From contig CM059438.1 in NCBI GenBank assembly GCA_030390025.1, forward strand, positions 58,902,001 through 58,966,000: a stretch of 64,000 bases of DNA, read 5' to 3'. This stretch comes from Squalus acanthias. Its lineage: Eukaryota. The notes below the pieces were generated by a model. It ran no database searches and was not told the origin of the DNA. It saw only the letters and a program-made list of their open reading frames with translations. Position 1 is the stretch's first letter; each line of letters begins with the position of its first letter. Shown piece after piece: positions 39,001 through 52,268 of this stretch. The position numbers were made by a program, and so were the translations under genes.

Positions 39001-42000
39001 AACTCCCCATCCCCAATACCCTAACTCCCCATCACAGCCCATCCCCAATACCCTAACCCCCCATCACAGCCCATCCCCAATACCCTAACCCCCCATCACA
39101 GCCCATCCCCAATACCCTAAACCCCCATCACAGCACATCCCCAATTCCCTAATCCCCCATCACAGCCCATCCCCAATACCCCAACTCCCCATCACAGCCC
39201 ATCACCAATACCCCAACTCCCCATCACAGCCCATCCCCAAAACCCGAACTCCCCATCACAGCCCATCGCCAATAACCTAACTCCCCATCACAGCCCATCC
39301 CCAATACCCTAACTCCCCATCACAGCCCATCCCCAATACCCTAACTCCCCATCACAGCCCATCCCCAATACCCTAACTCCCCATCACAGCCCATCCCCAA
39401 TACCCTAACTCCCCATCACAGCCCATCCCCAATACCCTAACCCCCCATCACAGCCCATCCCCAATACCCTAACTCCCCATCACAGTCCATCCCCAATACC
39501 CCAACTCCCCATCACAGCCCATCCCCAATACCCTAACTCCCCATCACAGCCCATCGCCAATACCCTAACCCCCATCACAGCCCATCGCCAATACCCTAAC
39601 TCCCCATCACAGCCGATCCCCAATACCCTAACTCCCCATCACAGCCCATCGCCAAGACCCTAACTCCCCATCACAGCCCATCCCCAATACCCTAACTCCC
39701 CATCACAGTCCATCCCCAATACCCCAACTCCCCATCACAGCCCATCGCCAATACCCTAACTCCCCATCACAGCCCATCCCCAATACCCTAACTCCCCATC
39801 AAAGCCCATCCCCAATACCCTAACCCCCATCACAGCCCAACCCCAATACCCTAACTCCCCATCACAGCCCATCCCCTTATCTAACCCCCCATCACAGCCC
39901 ATCCCCAATACCCTAACTCCCCATCACAGCCCATCCCCTTACCCTAACCCCCCATCACAGCCCATCCCCAATACCCTATCTCCCCATCACAGCCCATCCC
40001 CAATACCCTATCTCCCCATCACAGCCCATCCCCAATACCCTAACTCCCCATCACAGCCCATCCCCAATACCCGAACTCCCCATCACAGCCCATCCCCAAT
40101 ACCCTAACTCCCCATCACAGCCCATCCCCAATACCCTAACTCCCCATCACAGCCCATCCCCAATACCCGAACTCCCCATCACAGCCCATCGCCAATACCC
40201 TAACTCCCCATCACAGCCCATCCCCAATACCCTAACTCCCCATCACAGCCCATCGCCAATACCCTAACTCCCCACCACAGTCCATCCCCAATACCCTAAC
40301 TCCCCACCACAGTCCATCCCCAATATCCTAACTCCCCATCACAGCCCATCCCCAATACCCTAACTCCCCATCACAGCCCATCACCAATACCCCAACTCCC
40401 CATCACAGCCCATCCCCAATACCCTAACCCCCCATCACAGCCCCTCCCCAATACCCTAACTCCCCATCACAGCCCATCCCCAATACCCTAACTCCCCATC
40501 ACAGCCCATCCCCAATACCCTAACCCCCCATCACAGCCCATCCCCAAAACTCAAACTCCCCATCACAGCCCATCCCCTTACCCTAACGCCCTATCACAGG
40601 GCACCCCCAATACCCTATCTCCCCATCACAGCCCATCCCCAATACCCTAACTCCCCATCACAGCCCATCACCAATACCCCAACTCCCCATCACAGCCCAT
40701 CCCCAATACCCTAACCCCCCATCACAGCCCATCCCCAATACCCTAACTCACCATCACAGCCCATTCCCAATACCCTAACTCCCCATCACAGCCCATCCCC
40801 AATACCCTAACTCCCCATCACAGCCCATCCCCAATACCCTAACTCCCCAACACAGCCCATCCCCAATACCCTAACTCCCCATCACAGCCCATCCCCAATA
40901 CCCTAACCCCCCCCATCCCAGCCCAACCCCAACACCCTAACTCCCCATCACAGCCCATCCCCAATACCCTAACTCCCCATCACAGCCCATCCCCAATACC
41001 CTAACTCCCATCACAGCCCATCCCCAATACCCGAACTCCCCATCACAGCCATCACCAATACCCCAACTCCCCATCACAGCCCATCGCCAATACCCTAACT
41101 CCCCATCACAGCCCATCCCCAATACCCTAACTCCCCATCACAGCCCATCCCCAATACCCTAACTCCCCATCACAGCCCATCGCCAATACCCTAACTCCCC
41201 ATCACAGCCCATCCCCAACACCCTAACTCCCCATCACAGCCCATCCCCAATACACTAACTCCCCATCACAGCCCATCCCCAACACCCCAACTCCCCATCA
41301 CAGCCCAACCCCAATACCCTAACCCCCCCATCACAGCCCATCCCCAATACCCTAACTCCCCATCACAGCCCATCCCCAATACCCTAACTCCCCATCACAG
41401 CCCATCCCCAATACCCTAACTCCCCATCCCCAATACCCTAACTCCCCATCACAGCCCATCCCCTTACCCGAACTCCCCATCACAGGCCATCCCCAATACC
41501 CTAGCTCCCCATCACAGCCCATCCCCAATACCCTAACTCCCCATCACAGCCCATCCCCAATACCCTAACTCCCCATCCCCAATACCCTAACTCCCCATCA
41601 CAGCCCATCCCCTTACCCGAACTCCCCATCACAGCCCATCCCCAATACCCTAACTCCCCATCACAGCCCATCCCCTTACCCTAACCCCCCATCACAGCCC
41701 ATCCCCAATACCCTAACTCCCCATCACAGCCCATCCCCAATACCCTATCTCCCCATCACAGCCCATCCCCAATACCCTAACTCCCCATCACAGCCCATCC
41801 CCAATACCCAAACTCCCCATCACAGCCCATCCCCAATACCCTATCTCCCCATCACAGCCCATCCCCAATACCCTAACTCCCCATCACAGCCCATCCCCAA
41901 TACCCTAACTCCCCATCACAGCCCATCGCCAATACCCTAATTCCCCACCACAGTCCATCCCCAATACCCTAACTCCCCACCACAGTCCATCCCCAATACC

Positions 42001-45000
42001 CTAACTCCCCATCACAGCCCATCCCCAATACCCTAACTCCCCATCACAGCCCATCACCAATACCCCAACTCCCCATCACAGCCCATCGTCAATACCCTAA
42101 CTCTCCATCACAGCCCATCCCCAATACCCGAACTCCCCATCACAGCCCATCCCCAATACCCTAACTCCCCATCACAGCCCATCCCCAATACCCTAACTCC
42201 CCATCACAGCCCATCCCCAATAACCTATCTCCCCATCACAGCCCATCCCCAATACCCTATCTCCCCATCACAGCCCATCCCCAATACCCTAACTCCCCAT
42301 CACAGCCCATCCACAAAACCCTAACTCCCCATCACAGCCCATCCCCAATACCCTAACCCCCCATCACAGCCCATCCCCAATACCCTAACTCCCCATCACA
42401 GCCCATCCCCAATACCCTATCTCCCCATCACAGCCCATCCCCAATACCCTAACTCCCCATCACAGCCCATCCCCAATACCCTAACTCCCCATCACAGCCC
42501 ATCGCCAATACCCTAACTCCCCACCACAGTCCATCCCCAATACCCTAACTCCCCACCACAGTCCATCCCCAATACCCTAACTCCCCATCACAGCCCATCC
42601 CCAATACCCTAACTCCCCATCACAGCCCATCACCAATACCCCAACTCCCCATCACAGCCCATCCCCAATACCCTAACCCCCCATCACAGCCCCTCCCCAA
42701 TACCCTAACTCCCCATCACAGCCCATCGTCAATACCCCAACTCTCCATCACAGCCCATCCCCAATACCCTAACTCCCCATCACAGCCCATCCCCAATACC
42801 CTATCTCCCCATCACAGCCCATCCCCAATACCCTATCTCCCCATCACAGCCCATCCCCAATACCCTAACTCCCCATCACAGCCCATCCCCAATACCCTAA
42901 CTCCCCATCACAGCCCATCCCCAATACCCTAACTCCCCATCACAGCCCATCCCCAATACCCTAACTCCCCATCACAGCCCATCCCCAATACCCGAACTCC
43001 CCATCACAGCCCATCGCCAATACCCTAACTCCCCATCACAGCCCATCCCCAATACCCTAACTCCCCATCACAGCCCATCCCCAATACCCTATCTCCCCAT
43101 CACAGCCCATCCCCAATAACCTATCTCCCCATCACAGCCCATCCCCAATACCCTAACTCCCCATCACAGCCCATCCCCAATACCCTAACTCCCCATCACA
43201 GCCCATCCCCAATACCCTATCTCCCCATCACAGCCCATCCCCAATAACCTATCTCCCCATCACAGCCCATCCACAATACCCTAACTCCCCATCACAGCCC
43301 ATCCCCAATACCCTAACTCCCCATCACAGCCCATCCCCAATACCCTATCTCCCCATCACAGCCCATCCCCAATACCCTAACTCCCCATCACAGCCCATCC
43401 CCAATACCCTAACTCCCCATCACAGCCCATCCCCAATACCCTATCTCCCCATCACAGCCCATCCCCAATACCCTAACTCCCCATCACAGCCCATCCCCAA
43501 TACCCTAACTCCCCATCACAGCCCATCGCCAATACCCTAACTCCCCACCACAGTCCATCCCCAATACCCTAACTCCCCACCACAGTCCATCCCCAATATC
43601 CTAACTCCCCATCACAGCCCATCCCCAATACCCTAACTCCCCATCACAGCCCATCACCAATACCCCAACTCCCCATCACAGCCCATCCCCAATACCCTAA
43701 CCCCCCATCACAGCCCCTCCCCAATACCCTAACTCCCCATCACAGCCCATCCCCAATACCCTAACTCCCCATCACAGCCCATCCCCAATACCCTAACCCC
43801 CATCACAGCCCATCCCCAATACTCAAACTCCCCATCACAGCCCATCCCCTTACCCTAACCCCCCATCACAGCCCATCCCCAATACCCTATCTCCCCATCA
43901 CAGCCCATCCCCAATACCCTAACTCCCCATCACAGCCCATCACCAATACCCCAACTCCCCATCACAGCCCATCCCCAATACCCTAACCCCCCATCACAGC
44001 CCATCCCCAATACCCTAACTCACCATCACAGCCCATTCCCAATACCCGAACTCCCCATCACAGCCCATCCCCAATAACCTAACTCCCCATCACAGCCCAT
44101 CCCCAATACCCTAACTCCCCAACACAGCCCATCCCCAATACCCTAACTCCCCATCACAGCCCATCCCCAATACCCTAACCCCCCATCCCAGCCCAACCCC
44201 AACATCCTAACTCCCCATCACAGCCCATCCCCAATACCCTAACTCCCCATCACAGCCCATCCACAATACCCTAACTCCCCATCACAGCCCATCCCCAATA
44301 CCCTAACTCCCATCACAGCCCATCCCCAATACCCTAACTCCCCATCACAGCCCATCGCCAATACCCTAACTCCCCATCACAGCCCATCCCCAACACCCTA
44401 ACTCCCCATCACAGCCCATCCCCAATACCCTAACTCCCGATCACAGCCCATCCCCAACACCCCAACTCCCCATCACAGCCCAACCCCAATACCCTAACCC
44501 CCCATCACAGCCCATCCCCAATACCCTAACTCCCCATCACAGCCCATCCCCAATACCCTAACTCCCCATCACAGCCCATCCCCAATACCCTAACTCCCCA
44601 TCCCCAATACCCTAACTCCCCATCACAGCCCATCCCCTTACCCGAACTCCCCATCACAGGCCATCCCCAATACCCTAACTCCCCATCACAGCCCATCCCC
44701 AATACCCTAACTCCCCATCCCAATACCCTAACTCCCCATCACAGCCCATCCCCTTACCCGAACTCCCCATCACAGCCCATCCCCAATACCCTAACTCCCC
44801 ATCACAGCCCATCCCCTTACCCTAACCCCCCATCACAGCCCATCCCCAATACCCTATCTCCCCATCACAGCCCATCCCCAATACCCTAACTCCCCATCAC
44901 AGCCCATCCCCAATACCCTAACTCCCCATCACAGCCCATCCCCAATACCTTAACCCCCCATCATAGCCCATCCCCAATACCCTAACCCCCCATCATAGCC

Positions 45001-48000
45001 CATCCCGAATACCCTAACTCCCCATCACAGCCCATCCCCAATACCCTAACTCCCCATCACAGTTCCATCACCAATACCCCAACTCCCCATCACAGCCCAT
45101 CCCCAATACCCTAACCCCCCATCACAGCACATCCCCAATTCCCTAATCCCCCATCACAGCCCATCCCCAATACCCCAACTCCCCATCACAGCCCATCACC
45201 AATACCCCAACTCCCCATCACAGCCCATCCCCAATACCCTAACTCCCCATCACAGCCCATCCCCAATACCCTAACTCCCCATCACAGCCCATCGCCAATA
45301 CCCTAACTCCCCATCACAGCCCATCCCCAATACCCTAACTCCCCATCACAGCCCATCCCCAATACCCTAACTCCCCATCACAGCCCATCACCAATACCCC
45401 AACTCCCCATCACAGCCCATCCCCAATACCCTAACCCCCCATCACAGCCCCTCCCCAATACCCTAACTCCCCATCACAGCCCATCGTCAATGCCCTAACT
45501 CTCCATCACAGCCCATCCCCAATACCCTAACTCCCCATCACAGCCCATCCCCAATACCCTAACTCCCCATCACAGCCCATCCCCAATACCCTATCTCCCC
45601 ATCACAGCCCATCCCCAATACCCTATCTCCCCATCACAGCCCATTGCCAATACCCTAACTCCCCACCACAGTCCATCCCCAATACCCTAACTCCCCACCA
45701 CAGTCCATCCCCAATACCCTAACTCCCCATCACAGCCCATCCCCAATACCCTAACTCCCCATCACAGCCCATCACCAATACCCCAACTCCCCATCACAGC
45801 CCATCCCCAATACCCTAACCCCCCATCACAGCCCCTCCCCAATACCCTAACTCCCCATCACAGCCCATCGTCAATACCCTAACTCTCCATCACAGCCCAT
45901 CCCCATACCCTAACTCCCCATCACAGCCCATCCCCAATACCCTATCTCCCCATCACAGCCCATCCCCAATACCCTATCTCCCCATCACAGCCCATCCCCA
46001 ATACCCTAACTCCCCATCACAGCCCATCCCCAATACCCTAACTCCCCATCACAGCCCATCCCCAATACCCTAACTCCCCATCACAGCCCATCCCCAATAC
46101 CCTAACTCCCCATCACAGCCCATCCCCAATACCCGAACTCCCCATCACAGCCCATCGCCAATACCCTAACTCCCCATCACAGCCCATCCCCAATACCCTA
46201 ACTCCCCATCACAGCCCATCCCCAATACCCTATCTCCCCATCACAGCCCATCCCCAATAACCTATCTCCCCATCACAGCCCATCCCCAATACCCTAACTC
46301 CCCATCACAGCCCATCCCCAATACCCTAACTCCCCATCACAACCCATCCCCAATACCCTATCTCCCCATCACAGCCCATCCCCAATGACCTATCTCCCCA
46401 TCACAGCCCATCCACAATACCCTAACTCCCCATCACAGCCCATCCCCAATACCCTAACTCCCCATCACAGCCCATCCCCAATACCCTATCTCCCCATCAC
46501 AGCCCATCCCCAATACCCTAACTCCCCATCACAGCCCATCCCCAATACCCTAACTCCCCATCACAGCCCATCCCCAATACCCTATCTCCCCATCACAGCC
46601 CATCCCCAATACCCTAACTCCCCATCACAGCCCATCCCCAATACCCTAACTCCCCATCACAGCCCATCGCCAATACCCTAACTCCCCACCACAGTCCATC
46701 CCCAATACCCTAACTCCCCACCACAGTCCATCCCCAATATCCTAACTCCCCATCACAGCCCATCCCCAATACCCTAACTCCCCATCACAGCCCATCACCA
46801 ATACCCCAACTCCCCATCACAGCCCATCCCCAATACCCTAACCCCCCATCACAGCCCCTCCCCAATACCCTAACTCCCCATCACAGCCCATCCCCAATAC
46901 CCTAACTCCCCATCACAGCCCATCCCCAAGACCCTAACCCCCCATCACAGCCCATCCCCAATACTCAAACTCCCCATCACAGCCCATCCCCTTACCCTAA
47001 CCCCCCATCACAGCCCATCCCCAATACCCTATCTCCCCATCACAGCCCATCCCCAATACCCTAACTCCCCATCACAGCCCATCACCAATACCCCAACTCC
47101 CCATCACAGCCCATCCCCAATACCCTAACTCCCCATCACAGCCCATCACCAATACCCAAACTCCCCATCACAGCCCATCCCCAATACCCTAACTCCCCAT
47201 CACAGCCCATCCCCAATACCCGAACTCCCCAACACAGCCCATCCCCAATACCCTAACTCCCCATCACAGCCCATCACCAATACCCCAACTCCCCATCACA
47301 GCCCATCCCCAATACCCGAACTCCCCATCACAGCCCATCACCAATACCCTAACTCCCCATCACAGCCCATCCCCAATACCCTAACTCCCCATCACAGCCC
47401 ATCCCCAATACCCTAACTCCCCAACACAGCCCATCCCCAATACCCTAACTCCCCATCACAGCCCATCCCCAATACCCTAACCCCCCATCCCAGCCCAACC
47501 CCAACACCCTAACTCCCCATCACAGCCCATCCCCAATACCCTAACTCCCCATCACAGCCCATCCACAATACCCTAACTCCCCATCACAGCCCATCCCCAA
47601 TACCCTAACTCCCATCACAGCCCATCCCCAATACCCGAACTCCCCATCACAGCCATCACCAATACCCCAACTCCCCATCACAGCCCATCGCCAATACCCT
47701 AACTCCCCATCACAGCCCATCCCCAATACCCTAACTCCCCATCACAGCCCATCCCCAATACCCTAACTCCCCATCACAGCCCATCGCCAATACCCTAACT
47801 CCCCATCACAGCCCATCCCCAACACCCTAACTCCCCATCACAGCCCATCCCCAATACACTAACTCCCCATCACAGCCCATCCCCAATACCCTAACTCCCC
47901 ATCACAGCCCATCCCCAACACCCCAACTCCCATCACAGCCCAACCCCAATACCCAAACCCCCCATCACAGCCCATCCCCAATACCCTAACTCCCCATCAC

Positions 48001-48495
48001 AGCCCATCCCCAATACCCTAACTCCCCATCACAGCCCATCCCCAATACCCTAACTCCCCATCCCCAATACCCTAACTCCCCATCACAGCCCATCCCCTTA
48101 CCCGAACTCCCCATCACAGGCCATCCACAATACCCTAACTCCCCACCACAGCCCATCCCCTTACCCGAACTCCCCATCACAGCCCATCCCCAATACCCTA
48201 ACTCCCCATCACAGCCCATCCCCTTACCCTAACCCCCCATCACAGCCCATCCCCAATACCCTAACTCCCCATCACAGCCCATCCCCAATACCCTAACTCC
48301 CCATCACAGCCCATCCCCAATACCCTAACTCCCCATCACAGCCCATCCCCAATACCCTAACTCCCCATCACAGCCCATCCCCAATACCCTAACTCCCCAT
48401 CACAGCCCATCCCCAATACCCTAACTCCCCATCACAGCCCATCCCCAATACCCTAACTCCCCATCACAGCCCATCCCCAATACTCTAACTCTCCC
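24024..48495. repeat. ~24.4-kb tandem array of a 32-bp unit (cccatccccaataccctaactccccatcacag), roughly 760 copies
   Basis: Period 32 read directly (e.g. 24121 to 24153). Point-variant units recur in blocks. Confidence 0.99.
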
Positions 48496-48655
48496 ATTGT
48501 AGCATCATGCTGTATTTTGAACATTTCTCCTGTTTTTTTTCCCATTACCCAAGGCACATTATTCCAAAAAGTTCCCCCACTTTGCTTAAACCGTTTCTCC
48601 CCAACGTGCAGTGTAAATTTACTTATCACTGGTTTAAACTTGTATCCTCTGAAAC
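48496..48655 (-). mobile_element. diverged CR1-type LINE ORF2 end; its 3' terminus lies at ~23990-24030, on the other side of the array
   Basis: RGYKFK...KFTLHVGEKRFKQSGGTFWNNVP...FKIQHDATMGELEY resembles the CR1 ORF2 C-terminus. The far flank reads gatgggctgaaaggcttttgtttgtcgtag. Confidence 0.7.
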
Positions 48656-48834
48656 TACTATTGTGACATGACAACACTGCCCACTGCCTCAACGGGAACG
48701 GCCGCCCACTGCCTCAACGGGAGGGCCACCCACTGAGTTAATGTGCACTATTTGGCCGAAAGATCTTTGGCAGCGCAGCCCCAAATTTCCCATAAGCACT
48801 GCTAGCAGGGAGCCTCAGCCAACCACTGCATTCT

Positions 48835-49046
48835 CGTGTGATGGAATACTCTCCACTTGCTCTGATGAGTGCAGCTCCAACAACACTCAAGAAGCTCGAC
48901 ACCATCCAGGACAAAGTAGCCCACTTGCTTGGCACCCCGTCCACCACCTTAAACATTCACTCCCTCCACCACTGGCGCACTGTGGCTGAGCAATAAATGC
49001 TGGCCATGCCAGCGACACCCATATCCCATGAACGAATAAAAAAAAA
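48835..49046 (+). mobile_element. deleted 3' fragment of the LINE family at 56055-59354
   Basis: Matches ~58838-58990 joined to the tail gcaataaatgctggcc...cccatatcccatgaacgaataaaaaa. Confidence 0.85.
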
Positions 49047-49160
49047 CAGCCCACAGGCCAATCGGTAAAGGGAATCATTGGAAGATTTGTGCAGAATTAT
49101 TTCTGTTCATTTCTAACAATCTATGATCCTTGATTCTGTACGTTGAGTTCAGTGCGGTAC

Positions 49161-49312
49161 CTGATGGATGTAGGATGCATTTTATATCGGACATTTTGGT
49201 CCCAGGGTTGCTGTTCACTGTGCTCCAGGGTTGCTAGAAGTTCGAGGTAGTATCGAATGGCTTCTTCAGGGCATCCAATATTCATATGTACTTCAGCCAG
49301 AGCTGCATAGCA
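49161..49312 (-). CDS. TPR/CHAT gene coding exon 5
   Basis: gttgcag|TGC...ATCAG|gtaccg, 152 nt, phase 0/2. TPR motif CYAALAEVHMNIGCPEEAIRYYLELL. Confidence 0.85.
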
Positions 49313-49471
49313 CTGCAACCACAACATAGATAACATCTTACACAACTCTCCAAAAAGAGCCATAACATTACAGGCAAGAATAGATTTTAACACAGGAAGA
49401 TAGCACAGAGGAACAAGTGAGGTACAATGCACTTATATATCGGCTGAACTGTAATATTGAACTTCTGTAGA

Positions 49472-49943
49472 CGGGGGAGGTGTAATACGGTGCGGTTAGA
49501 CTGGGCGGGGTGTAATACTGAGCGGTTAGACTGGGCGGGGAGTAATACTGAGCGGTTAGACTGGGCGGGGTGTAATACTGAGCGGTTAGACTGGGCGGGG
49601 TGTAATACGGTGCGGTTAGACTGGGAGAGGTGTAATACTGAGCGGTTAGACTGGGCGGGGTGTAATACTGAGCGGTTAGACTGGGCGGGGTGTAATACTG
49701 AGCGGTTAGACTGGGTGGGGTGTAATACTGAGCGGTTAGACTGGGCGAGGTGTAATACGGTGCGGTTAGACTGGGCGGGGTGTAATACTGAGCGGTTAGA
49801 CTGGGCGAGGTGTAATACTGAGCGGTTAGACTGGGTGGGGTGTAATACTGAGCGGTTAGACTGGGCGGGGTGTAATACTGAGCGGTTAGACTGGGCGGGG
49901 TGTAATACTGAGCGGTTAGACTGGGCAGGGTGTAATACTGAGC
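49472..49943. repeat. 30-bp minisatellite, ~15.5 copies (ctgggcggggtgtaatactgagcggttaga)
   Basis: Direct inspection. Confidence 0.97.
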
Positions 49944-50406
49944 TTTTGTTGGATGGGGTGATTAGTTGAGCTGCTGAGACCCTTTGAAGGTAATCCACAA
50001 CCTCCCTTCTGTTCTGAGCGGGAGATGGCATACTGCGCAGTCCCGACATTGCCCTCACTGCATATCTCAGTTGTGATTAGTAGTCTGACATCCGACAATG
50101 AACACTTCTTATAATCAAATTATCATCTGAATGTGGGTTGAAAGTAAGAGTAATAATTGTGCACTTCTTGCGGAATAAATTTTCAAACTTTGTAACCATG
50201 TCTCAAGAAACGTCCTTCCTAATTGGCAAGACAATAACTCGTCCAATTCTAGCGACAGTAGCCAGCTCAGAATCGATCTGGATTGACTATGATTGACAGT
50301 GAGTGTGGCCACTTTGGATGCAGCTTGAGCTGCAGGTACCCATGGAACCGTACCCCAGCGTAAGTCAGGAGGGAAAACTGGAGGCAATTAGTGTCCTGTT
50401 TTGTAC

Positions 50407-50657
50407 CTTGATTTTCACTTCAGTGCTCCTCAGCCTCAGTGCCAGCTTCAGGCAGTTTTCATAGGCTGTTCTGGCCATGTCCTTGTCGTTTATTGCGGAA
50501 CAACAACTGGCATGGATCAGGTAGAACTGCATTCTGATTGGATCACTCATTGTTGACTGACAAAGCTGTATGGCTGAGCTGACCAACTGAATGCCGAGAT
50601 CGTGTAATGTAGCGTCACATAGCAGGTTCCCAATCTTGAGAAGCACCTCATCCAAAC
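50407..50657 (-). CDS. TPR/CHAT gene coding exon 4
   Basis: tgtttag|GT...AAG|gtacaa, 251 nt, phase 1/0, matching exon 3. Helical TPR-like LDEVLLKIGNLLCDATLHDLGIQLVSSAIQL...ARTAYENCLKLA. Confidence 0.85.
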
Positions 50658-50739
50658 CTAAACAGTAGATATATGGTTACCTCAAGAATGCCTAAAACTG
50701 CCATGATTTAAAGTTTATTTTCTAAAAGGACTTTTCTAA

Positions 50740-50908
50740 AAATTTGTTCATGAGATGTGGGCGACTCTGGCAAGCTGGTATTTGTCGCCCCTCACTAGTT
50801 GCCCTGAGGACATTACAAGTCAACCACTGGAGTCACATGTAGGCCAGACCGGGAAGGGGCAACAGGCCCCCTTCCCTGAAGGACAGCGGTGAACCAGTTG
50901 AGATTTAA
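50740..50908 (-). mobile_element. short non-autonomous element sharing the 5' core and 3' tail of the 56055-59354 LINE
   Basis: Reverse complement ctggttcaccgctgtccttcagggaagg...ggtctggcctacatgtgactccag resembles 56242-56312 and is fused to gggcaactag...gcccacatctcatgaac, which resembles 59286-59345. Confidence 0.7.
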
Positions 50909-50911
50909 AAA

Positions 50912-52268
50912 CAACCAGAGGATTTAACTTAGGGGAAAATAGTTAAACGGATATTAGGAAGAAAGTCTTTATTCAAAGAGTGGGAAATGTTTGGAATAAT
51001 CTTCAGGGAAGGCTGGTAGAAACGTAAATATTAGGGAAGTTTAAAATTCAGCTGGATATTATAATGGGAGAGTTAGGGTACCAGAGGAATGAGCTTGAAT
51101 GAGAGAGTTAGGGTACCAGGGGGACGAGCTTGAATGAGAGAGTTAGGGTACCAGAGGGATGGGTTGTGATGGGAGAGTTAGGGTACCAGAGGGATGGGCT
51201 GTGATGGGAGAGTTAGGGTACCAGAGGGATGGGCTGTGATGGGAGAGTTAGGGTACCAGAGGGATGGGCTGTGATGATAGAGTTAGGGTACCAGAGGGAT
51301 GGGCTGTGATGGGAGAGTTAGGGTACCAGAGGGATGGGCTGTGATGGAAGAGTTAGGGTATTGGGGATGGGCTGTGATGGGAGTTAGGGTACCAGAGGGA
51401 TGGGCTGTGATGGGAGAGTTAGGGTACCAGAGGGATGGGTTGTGATGGGAGAGTTAGGGTACCAGAGAGATGGGCTGTGATGGGAGAGTTAGGGTACCAG
51501 AGGGATGGGTTGTGATGGGAGAGTTAGGGTACCAGAGAGATGGGCTGTGATGGGAGAGTTAGGGTACCAGAGGGATGGGCTGTGATGGGAGAGTTAGGGT
51601 ACCAGAGGGATGAGCTTCGATGGGAGAGTTAGGGTACTAGAGGGATGGGCTGCGATGGGAGAGTTAGGGTACTAGAGGGATGGGCTGCGATGGGAGAGTT
51701 AGGGTACCAGAAGGATGGGCTTTGATGGGAGAGTTAGGGTACCAGAAGGATGGGCTGTGATGGGAGAGTTAGGGTACCAGAGGGATGGGTTGTGATGGGA
51801 GAGTTAGGGTACCAGAGAGATGGGCTGTGATGGGAGAGTTAGGGTACCAGAGAGATGGGCTGTGATGGGAGAGTTAGGGTACCAGAAGGATGGGCTGTGA
51901 TGGGAGAGTTAGGGTACCAGAGGGATGGGCTGTGATGGGAGAGTTAGGGTACCAGAGAGATGGGCTGTGATGGGAGAGTTAGGGCACCAGAGGGATGGGT
52001 TGTGATGGGAGAGTTAGGGTACCAGAGAGATGGGCTGTGATGGGAGAGTTAGGGTACCAGAGGGATGGGCTGTGATGGGAGAGTTAGGGTACCAGAGAGA
52101 TGGGCTGTGATGGGAGAGTTAGGGTACCAGAGAGATGGGCTGTGATGGGAGAGTTAGGGTACCAGAGGGATGGGCTGTGATGGGAGAGTTAGGGTACCAG
52201 AGGGATGAGTTGTGATGGTTGAGATGAATGCTTTCTCTTGTCAGTTACCTTTCATTATGTTCTTATGA
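50912..52268 (+). mobile_element. diverged CR1-type LINE 3' end containing the 35-bp array
   Basis: DIRKKVFIQRVGNVWNNL...FKIQLDIIMGELGY before the array and a ttatgttcttatg tail after it. Confidence 0.75.
51064..52218. repeat. 35-bp minisatellite, ~33 copies (atgggagagttagggtaccagagggatgggctgtg), inverted relative of the 32-bp unit
   Basis: Direct inspection; shares gagttagggta and gggatgggctgtgatggg with the reverse complement of the 32-bp unit. Confidence 0.97.

Noticed and set aside
31776..48219. Repeated 61-98 aa ORFs (MGMGCDGELGY..., PITAHPQYPNSPSQ...)
   Set aside because: These are chance stop-free stretches in variant units of a 32-bp repeat, which is not a multiple of 3.
24024..48495. 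Interstitial telomeric sequence or CRISPR-like array
   Set aside because: There is only one TTAGGG per unit, followed by TAT rather than TTA, and it derives from LINE codons. There are no unique spacers and no cas genes.
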